The notes under the pieces were generated by a model, which worked only from the letters and a program-made list of their open reading frames with translations, was not told the DNA's origin and made no database searches. The position numbers and the translations under genes were made by a program. DNA of 62,627 nucleotides, the filler included, from Gemmatimonadota bacterium (GTDB taxonomy: Bacteria > 4572-55 > J002), in NCBI GenBank assembly GCA_003697105.1. It is 4 parts of 4 records of this genome, joined end to end, with 100 filler letters (N's around TTAATTAATTAA, not from the genome) between each part and the next. Parts side by side here need not be neighbours in the genome. Positions count along the whole stretch, not along the records: positions 55,425 to 62,627 come from RFFQ01000012.1; 3 more parts are not named here. The stretch is one strand, 5' to 3'. The first letter of the stretch is position 1; every line of letters begins with the position of its first letter. Below are positions 55,425-62,627 of the stretch, in pieces.

Positions 55425-58400
55425 CATCTAAGCTACCTTCGACATAGGCGTACGTATAACTGGAGGGGTCATTTTCGTAACCACCTCGGAGGTCCATCCA
55501 GAAATTGAGGTACAAATGTTCAACTCCTGAAGCATCGGCGCTGGGAGAGATCAATGAGGCATGAACCCGGTCACCAAAGTTACCGTATTCAATTCCAGCA
55601 ACATTCATATGGAGGTCATTATAGTCATCAACAAACCAAATGTTATTGCTTTCTGCCCCTTCTTCTAAGACGGTCGTCCAGCCTTCGGGGAGTTCTTCAG
55701 AGGCATCAAAATCTTCGTACCAGAGGGCATCCCGTAATCCGGCGACGGTACGTTGGGCATTTGCTTCAAACGGGCGATGGATCGCTTCTCGAACGGCGCG
55801 TGCCGCGTCCACTTGAGAGCGGCGAATCTGTTCATCTTGCAAGCGTTGCAGATCGGAAATTTCATATTCAGCCATTAACATCCGCATTAACGCATCATCT
55901 TCCACGGTGAACGTCAATGGGGCTTCCCCTTCATTACCAATAGTGAGCACATCCATACCCGTCAGCCCTTGCTTGAGGACAAAGTCAAACGATTCTGGAG
56001 AATAGGTAACGGCGGGTGGGCTGGCATCGCCAACAACAGCGAGACCACCGGTAACGGTTACTTCCGGCGTCCCTTCATTATACACAAAATCAAGACCTAA
56101 ATCCGTGGTACCGGGAGCCACACCCGTCCACGTCAAGTCAAGTAAAGTACCTTCACCGACTAAGGGCGTCGTGCTAAACGCATTGATAAGCAACAGACCC
56201 GGTTGCGAATCGTTGGCTTGGACAACCCAACCTTCTAAAAGGTCGCCAACCATCATATCATCCGCCGTAATGGTGACGACGGCGGGGTCATAGCTGATGG
56301 AGGCATCAAACGAGACCACCCCATCTCCTTCGTAGGTCATGCCCGTAATTAGAGAGGTATTACCGGTTTGGAACGGTCCTAAGATGACGGTACTCCCTAA
56401 AACAATGTCAATGGGTTGGCGTTCCACAGATTGGAGATAGAGGGTGTATTCACCTGTGGTAGCTCGCAAGCCGCTGCTCATCTTGCGTTCTTTTGCCATA
56501 CGCAATTCAGGGTCATTGGTATAATGGGCTAAACGAATCCAATACATCCCATCTGCGGGTAAAACCAATTCAATTTCAGGTTGGAGGTCGCCATGACTAT
56601 CATCATCATTGGTGATATAGAGGGTGTAGTCATCGGGACCATAGAGATAGATTTCTGGGTCAAGCTGAGAATCACCAACCCGTTCCGTGAACATTAGGAC
56701 ACCTTCACCAGCATTACCCATAAAGCTGAACCAGTCCACATCTCCTTCTGGAATAATCCAACCACCGATTTCGCCATCAATTTCGATTGAAGTTGCTTCT
56801 TCGGCAGTATCGTTAGGTTCGTTGGGGTCTGGGTCCACAAAGGAATCAAACGTTAAACTGATATGATAGAAATAATCACAACCCCCACTATTAAAATAAT
56901 CCCGAACATAGGTGTAATACGTACCGGTATAAGGTAATTCAAATTCGATGTGCGAATCCCGCCCATCATAATCATCATTAGCGGCAAGAAGTTCACCTTG
57001 GTCATCCAACAAATAGAGATATGAATCGAGGGTAGATGCGGGGTCAAGGTTACGGGCATCAATATCAATAATAGCTAAATCGCCTTCTGTACCTTCAAAC
57101 GTAAACCAATCTTCGTCATTTTCCGGTTCGATGATACCTTCCGTGAGGGGTTCATCCGCCATAATCGAATATGCTTCATCCGCATTGTTATTAGGTTCAT
57201 ACGGATCGGGGCATTCTTGTGCGGTAGCACACTCGATGCTCAACGTATAAGAACCTTCGCCCCCGTTATAGCCATCGACCACAACATAGTATTGTTGGCC
57301 GGGTACTGGGGACTCCAGAGTGGCTTCAAAATTACCGGAAGCTAAACAATCGTTCGCATCGCAACTTCCGAGGATAAAGACATCCAGATCACCACCCTCC
57401 AAGTTGCTTAATGTGGCGGTAAAGCTGGTCACATTTTCATCAACCATCAGAGAATAAACGACTTCGGGACCGGTTTCCGGCCAGGAGGTACAGGAATAGG
57501 CGTCCCAATAGGAATTTCCTCCAACCGTGCTTCCTTCCACCACATCATCACAGGCAAGAACCATTGCATTATCGCACGGTGAGCCACCTTCGCCGACGAC
57601 AATCGTACCTCCGGAAACATCGACGGTGGGGTCGCCTTCATTATATTGAAAATCAACGGTCAAATCAGAGGTACCATCAATTAGCCCGGTCCAATTCATT
57701 GTAAAGAGCATTCCTTCACCCACAAGGGGTTGGGTGCTAAAGCCGTTTACAACTAAGACGCCCGGAACGTCCACATTGATTTCCGTGAACCAGCCGTCCA
57801 CTAAACCGCCATCAAAATCAATATCGTTACGAGTAATAGAGAGAACAGCCGAGTCATATTGGATGTTGGCTTCAAATGCGAAAACACCATCTTCACCGCA
57901 ATCCTCGGCAACCATACCAGTGTTTAAGGCGATCAGGGCAGTCCCTTCCACCGGAATTTCGACATAATCTGGATTGAGCGTAATCGCAATCGGTTCGATA
58001 CAACCCGGACCGGAACCCACGACAATCATACCTCCGGAAACATCGACGGCGGGGTCGCCTTCATTATAAGTAAACGAGACATCCAGATTTGAAAGTCCGT
58101 TGTCCAGACCTGTCCATGTCATGGTGAACATCAAACCTTCGCCGACGAGGGGTTGGGTACTAAAGCCGTTTACAACTAAAACGCCCGGAGTGCTTACATT
58201 GATTTCGGTGAACCAGCCATCGACCAAGCCACCATCAAAATCAATATCATTCCGGGCAATTGAAAGTACCGCAGGGTCATATACGATGTTTGCTTGAAAC
58301 GCAAAAACACCATCTTCACCACAATCTTCACTTACAGCACCTGTGATTAAGGAAATTGTGGTTGTTCCACCCAGCTCTGGGATTTCTGCTGAAGCTGGGT

Positions 58401-58503
58401 CTAGGCTAATGGGTATGGGTTCTTCACATTGGCCAAAAACGGAGCCAACAACCACAAATACCATCAGGAGCGCCACTGACGTGGCTAGAAAATATTTACT
58501 CAT
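55425..58503 (-). CDS. Large secreted protein, 3'-truncated: three cohesin-like domains, PPC (pre-peptidase C-terminal) domains and an Ig-like domain
   Basis: Signal peptide; GVFAF.ANI.YD.AVL...G.L.VNGFSTQPLVGEG.LF x2 plus a third divergent copy; DPYEPNN..., DEDWFTF, DVDWFSF PPC motifs. Confidence 0.8.
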
Positions 58504-58585
58504 ATTCTCCTCCTCGTAACGTTTATAGGTTAAGGAAGCCGAAAAATAAACACTAGTGATTTAAATACCAAACAAGGTTCATTAT

Positions 58586-58635
58586 AAAAAAATTTGGCTT
58601 TCCACTGACAATAGTTGTTAGTAGAAAGCCAAATT
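58586..58635 (-). terminator. Intrinsic terminator after the PorV-OmpA gene
   Basis: AATTTGGCTTTC...GAAAGCCAAATT stem with a T-run on the minus strand. Confidence 0.65.
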
Positions 58636-58654
58636 CCTTCAATGCATCACCTCA

Positions 58655-60277
58655 TTACTCAGAGATTGCTCGGAAAACGACTCGACGATTGACCTGATAA
58701 TTACATTCCGTAGTATTGGGCACAACCGGCTCACTTTCACCGGCACCCACGACAATGAGTTGGTCATCAGGAATACCAAAGTTAGAAACCATATACTGTT
58801 TCACGCTATTGGCTCGACGAAGTGAAAGGTCTTTATTATACTCATCAGAGCCTCGGTCATCGGCATGGCCCCGAACTTCGACCTTATTTCCATCCTTAAT
58901 ACATTGTTGGATGATTTCCGCAATTCGGGCTAAAGCATCGCGGGATTCGGGACGGATTTCATCCCGGTCCACATCAAACAGGATTGGCGGTACATAATCA
59001 TACCCCGCCAACAAGTAGTATAACCCTCGTTCATCATCGCATGGACCTTCGCCTCGTTCGACAAACTTGATAACGGTATCGACAACCGTCGTACCACCTT
59101 GCGACATCGCATCCGGACAGCCATCTTCATCATCATATCCATTGTAGTATTCTGGCTGATTCGGGCACTTATCATCGACATCAAAGATACCGTCATGGTC
59201 ATTATCTGGATCAGGAACACCATCTTGATCTTCGTAACCATCTTTGTCTTCCGCTTCATCGGGGGCTAAATCCCGGTCATCTGGGATTCCATCACCATCT
59301 CGATCCTGACGCGCCATACTTCCAAACGTCATTGTACCGGAAAAACGATGCGTGGCATCAATCTGGGAATAATCGACATACGCATAATCTAACCGGACAT
59401 CCCCAACGAAAACACCAAACCCGGCGCCAAATTCACCTTGCTCGGCGTTAACCCGGTAACCGGCACGGAGTGCTAAGAGGTCATAAAAGATGGTTTCCCC
59501 ACCCACATTAAAGCGAAGCCCATTACCGGCAAATGGCAAATAGGCTAGGGCATCCAAACCTAGGTTTAGGTCAAAGTTTTCACCATCAACAGCCGCCCAA
59601 CCCAAGCCGGCACGAAATTCCTCAGCTTCGTGCTTATCGGGGTTATCTTCATCACTTTCCAAATAATTCCCCGGATTAACATTACGAAAGGTTAGACCAA
59701 AAGCAAGTTTGTCTGATAGCGGTTTCAACAGCCCGACATCAAACATCGTATAGTTAAAATGTTCTTCTGCGAGGGTTTGCAACATCATTTTCCCGTTAAT
59801 CCCCAAGGTGGTTTTTCCCAACAGCGGGAGTTTGGCAGGATACGAATATCCGACAATGAGTGTCATATCAGAAGCATCGGCACGTCCTCCCGCCAAAATA
59901 CCATCCATGTCAGTGATAGGGATATTTCCTTGATCAAAATAGATCAATCCGAAAGCAACCGTCCCTTTACCCCATGGAACGGCGTATGCCGCAAAATTAT
60001 GTGAGGCATCCGTTAACCAATCGGCATAACTCACCGTCAGTGTCCGGTATTCCAACAATGCCAAACCGGCTGGGTTGCTTGCCAGCGCACTTACATCAGC
60101 ATCAACTCCGACTAGGCCCACTGAGACATCACCCATTGCCGCTTGACGGGCACTTGCCGTGATTTTCAGCGCATCAAGTCCGGCAGCTCCCGCATTATCA
60201 TATATCTCAGCGGAGCTTACCATCGGAATTGATAAGATCAACGCAAAAACAAATACAGAAAGTCGATAAGCCTTCAT
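58655..60277 (-). CDS. PorV/PorQ-family beta-barrel fused to TSP3-like repeats and an OmpA C-terminal domain
   Basis: LKITASARQAAMG...SNPAGL...LRAGY...RLDYAY...THRFS (PorV/UPF0164-like); DRDGDGIPD/DNDHDGIFDVDDKCP; FD...VRGHADDRGSDEYNKDLSLRRA...NRRV (OmpA_C); RBS AGGAGG. Confidence 0.82.
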   Translation of the reverse strand: MKAYRLSVFVFALILSIPMVSSAEIYDNAGAAGLDALKITASARQAAMGDVSVGLVGVDADVSALASNPAGLALLEYRTLTVSYADWLTDASHNFAAYAVPWGKGTVAFGLIYFDQGNIPITDMDGILAGGRADASDMTLIVGYSYPAKLPLLGKTTLGINGKMMLQTLAEEHFNYTMFDVGLLKPLSDKLAFGLTFRNVNPGNYLESDEDNPDKHEAEEFRAGLGWAAVDGENFDLNLGLDALAYLPFAGNGLRFNVGGETIFYDLLALRAGYRVNAEQGEFGAGFGVFVGDVRLDYAYVDYSQIDATHRFSGTMTFGSMARQDRDGDGIPDDRDLAPDEAEDKDGYEDQDGVPDPDNDHDGIFDVDDKCPNQPEYYNGYDDEDGCPDAMSQGGTTVVDTVIKFVERGEGPCDDERGLYYLLAGYDYVPPILFDVDRDEIRPESRDALARIAEIIQQCIKDGNKVEVRGHADDRGSDEYNKDLSLRRANSVKQYMVSNFGIPDDQLIVVGAGESEPVVPNTTECNYQVNRRVVFRAISE

Positions 60278-60440
60278 CAGATGATTCCTCCTTATTGTTG
60301 AGGTTGCAGAGTTTGCGTCTCTGCGAGTGTGAAAAACGGTAAAATAACTATTAGTGCTGATAATATAATTTAAGATGCCTCTCAACATTGAATCTACTCT
60401 CTCTTTTACGATGATATATTTGGAGAAAGACTGTGAAGGT

Positions 60441-60476
60441 TGAAGAGGGAATCCAGAGAGTCGGATTCCCTCTTCA
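60441..60476 (-). terminator. Hairpin immediately after the Ig/TSP3 protein stop
   Basis: TGAAGAGGGAATCC-agagagtc-GGATTCCCTCTTCA perfect 14-bp inverted repeat, weak U-tract. Confidence 0.55.
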
Positions 60477-60484
60477 TGTCACTA

Positions 60485-62626
60485 CTAACGACGGATAACC
60501 ATGATCTTACGAACATCCGTTTTGCCGTTAGTTTCAACGACCGCGATATAGACGCCAGAGACCACATCTACACCGCTTTCATTCTTCAACTCCCACTTCA
60601 CAACGCAGGTACCCAAGGCATCACCACGTTCAGCGGAGGTACCTTCAAGAACAGCTACTTCCTCACCGGACATGGTATAAATTGTGATGCTATAAGGCGC
60701 ATTGCTACAATCGGGGTTATAACCATTTGCCAGACTCGGGTCTTCCCCAACTTTAATAGCCACGTGAGGCGGGCCATCAAAGTCAGCATCGGTGTAAACT
60801 GGGTTCGGATACACGCCCGCAAAACCAGCATTACTGATGTCATCAATCGGGCTTGTACCTTGTTCAACTTCCAGCCAGTCATTCGTACCGTCATCATCCG
60901 AGTCATAATCGTTCGGGTCGGAATTGAAGCTATTTTCGTTGCCGCATTCCTCACCGTCCGACAAACCGTCATTATCACTATCAAAATTACCCGGATTGGT
61001 GGAGGCATAGCGCTCACCGCTGCCGTCTGGTTTCAGACAACCCAGTTTTTCTTCGCTATCCGTCAGATTATCCAAGTCATTATCGGAATCTGCCGTCGGG
61101 TCACTACCAAAAGCAACCTCTTCACCATCACACCAACCGTCACCATCAAAATCACCACGGAACGGATTTGTATTGTAGATGGTCATTTCATCTGCCGTCA
61201 ACAATCCGTCACCATCCGGGTCACCCATCACATCAACCGTAGCCGGGTCAACCAGATTACCTTGGCAATCGATAATCACAGAGTTGCCAGTACCATCATC
61301 GGCGTCATTGATACATGGATTGCTACCGATCTGAATTTCATAACCATCTTCTAAGAAGTCACCATCGCTATCTGGATTAAGCGGATCCAAACAGGTGTAA
61401 CCACCATCCACAGCATAGGTCATTTCTTCAAGGTCGGTCAGACCGTCGTTATCACTATCCACATCATTCACCGTGATTTGCAAGATAAAACTGGTGGTAC
61501 TACCGTCCGCACCCACCGTTACCGCGTATTGATAGTAATCTTCGCGGACTAATGGGAACGGAATCGTAACGGTTACAGCTACTTCACGGATAGCACCTGC
61601 CATCAGGTTGGTTACCACTTCAAAATCCGGCGCGAAGTCATAGTCACCTTGGAACAGCGCGACCGGGGTAAATGTGACACTCGATAAGTTCGTATTACCC
61701 GTGTTCTCAACCATAAAGCTGGTTGAAACCACGCTGTTCGGTATACCAACCACACTCACGACATCCGGCATCACATCAATTCCGGGTGTTGCATTCACCG
61801 ATACTTGCAACACCGTTTCCGCGGTTTCACCATTAGCGGTCGTCACAGAAATAGTACCGGTGTACAGACCCGCCAGTTGACCCGCCGGCACCGTCACTTG
61901 GACATTCACCGTCGGCGTTTCAGCAATACCAACCATCTGAATCATCTCCGGCGCAAATGTCACTTCACTTGCCGAGATGGTGGTTTGACCTGATTCATGA
62001 ACCAGACCCGTCACATCAAAATTGACATCGGTCAATGCGACCGGGCTATCACCGGTTACGGAGACCGTGAAGTTCGTCGTGGCTTCCGTACCCGGGTTAG
62101 CCGTTGCCGTTGCCGGTATAGACAACGCAACACCTGTTTCAACCGTCAAGGTCAACATCGTGCTGGTGGTGGCACGACCATCTGGGTCATTGATGTAAAT
62201 CATACCCTGATAGGCACCCGATGCCGTACCCGCGGGCGGACGAACCGTTACCGGCACATCCACGCTCTCATTCACCATCAAGGCTTCGATGACATTCACA
62301 CCAAACTCAACCGCACTACCCGGAATGAAACTGCTACGCAACGCACCCGCCTTGGTAACACCACCAAAACGTGCCGGCACATTGTTTAAGTCACTTGCCG
62401 AGAGGTCTAGGTTGAATACGTCACAATTACCGGAGTTTGTCACGGTTAATGTGCCCGTCCAGACACCCGCATCATCATCGGTAGTCGCGACGGCATCCGC
62501 CGTAAGGTCACACGTTAGGGCAATTTCAACGTTCAAGGTGAACTCATCGCTCACTCCTTCAGCCGTCGTCAACGTCACCGTACCCGTGTACGTACCCGCA
62601 TGGTACATGTCACCATCCGGGGCATC
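60485..62626 (-). CDS. Secreted protein, 5'-truncated by the window edge: Ig-like repeats, bacterial TSP3 (DSDxDGLxD) repeats and a T9SS-like CTD
   Basis: VxVTVPxG..AG.Y.G.I Ig repeats; DSDNDGLTDLEE, DSDGDFLED, DPDGDGLL; VYPNP...IYTMSGEEV...W.LKNESG..VVSGVYI...KIMVIRR. Confidence 0.8.
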   Translation of the reverse strand, partial: DAPDGDMYHAGTYTGTVTLTTAEGVSDEFTLNVEIALTCDLTADAVATTDDDAGVWTGTLTVTNSGNCDVFNLDLSASDLNNVPARFGGVTKAGALRSSFIPGSAVEFGVNVIEALMVNESVDVPVTVRPPAGTASGAYQGMIYINDPDGRATTSTMLTLTVETGVALSIPATATANPGTEATTNFTVSVTGDSPVALTDVNFDVTGLVHESGQTTISASEVTFAPEMIQMVGIAETPTVNVQVTVPAGQLAGLYTGTISVTTANGETAETVLQVSVNATPGIDVMPDVVSVVGIPNSVVSTSFMVENTGNTNLSSVTFTPVALFQGDYDFAPDFEVVTNLMAGAIREVAVTVTIPFPLVREDYYQYAVTVGADGSTTSFILQITVNDVDSDNDGLTDLEEMTYAVDGGYTCLDPLNPDSDGDFLEDGYEIQIGSNPCINDADDGTGNSVIIDCQGNLVDPATVDVMGDPDGDGLLTADEMTIYNTNPFRGDFDGDGWCDGEEVAFGSDPTADSDNDLDNLTDSEEKLGCLKPDGSGERYASTNPGNFDSDNDGLSDGEECGNENSFNSDPNDYDSDDDGTNDWLEVEQGTSPIDDISNAGFAGVYPNPVYTDADFDGPPHVAIKVGEDPSLANGYNPDCSNAPYSITIYTMSGEEVAVLEGTSAERGDALGTCVVKWELKNESGVDVVSGVYIAVVETNGKTDVRKIMVIRR

Positions 62627-62627
62627 C

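Noticed and set aside
60440-61354. 304-aa plus-strand ORF and other long antisense ORFs (e.g. 14505-15329, 45811-46602, 48845-49429, 4185-4682)
   Set aside because: Shadow frames opposite well-supported genes, with no recognisable motifs

Overview
The window is four contigs joined by artificial 100-bp spacers (N44-TTAATTAATTAA-N44 at 21033-21132, 34094-34193 and 55325-55424), so adjacency across these gaps is not evidence of linkage. FlgD-Ig/T9SS-like C-terminal sorting domains, a PorV-family gene and a MoaC-Mog fusion suggest a Gram-negative bacterium of a non-Bacteroidota FCB lineage (inference). Contig 1 carries an apparently self-contained arsenate-respiration island on the minus strand: sensor kinase, sigma54 activator, a sigma54 promoter with tandem palindromic enhancer sites, tatA, a porin, arrA-arrB-arrD, a polyferredoxin, mobA, a Moco-type riboswitch, moaA, a MOT1-type transporter, an atypical octaheme HAO-like cytochrome, moaC-mog, a 63-unit heptamer array, moeA, moaD and moaE. 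No arrC anchor is visible. moeB, nfo and a YeeE/YeeE/rhodanese sulfur module flank the island. Contig 2 holds a truncated secreted beta-helix protein, transporters, a HAL2-type PAP phosphatase, a 6TM-RCK channel with a non-canonical filter, an SDR, DDAH and spmAB. Contig 3 holds a giant Calx-beta/dockerin/cohesin surface protein, acnA, a TetR-RND efflux operon, gmk-rpoZ-coaBC-plsY-meaB and an FGE-domain protein. Contigs 2 and 3 end in the same 99-bp putative IS terminus. Contig 4 holds a CTD-bearing Ig/TSP3 protein, a PorV-TSP3-OmpA fusion and a multi-cohesin/PPC protein. All calls come from motif reading by eye; no searches were run.
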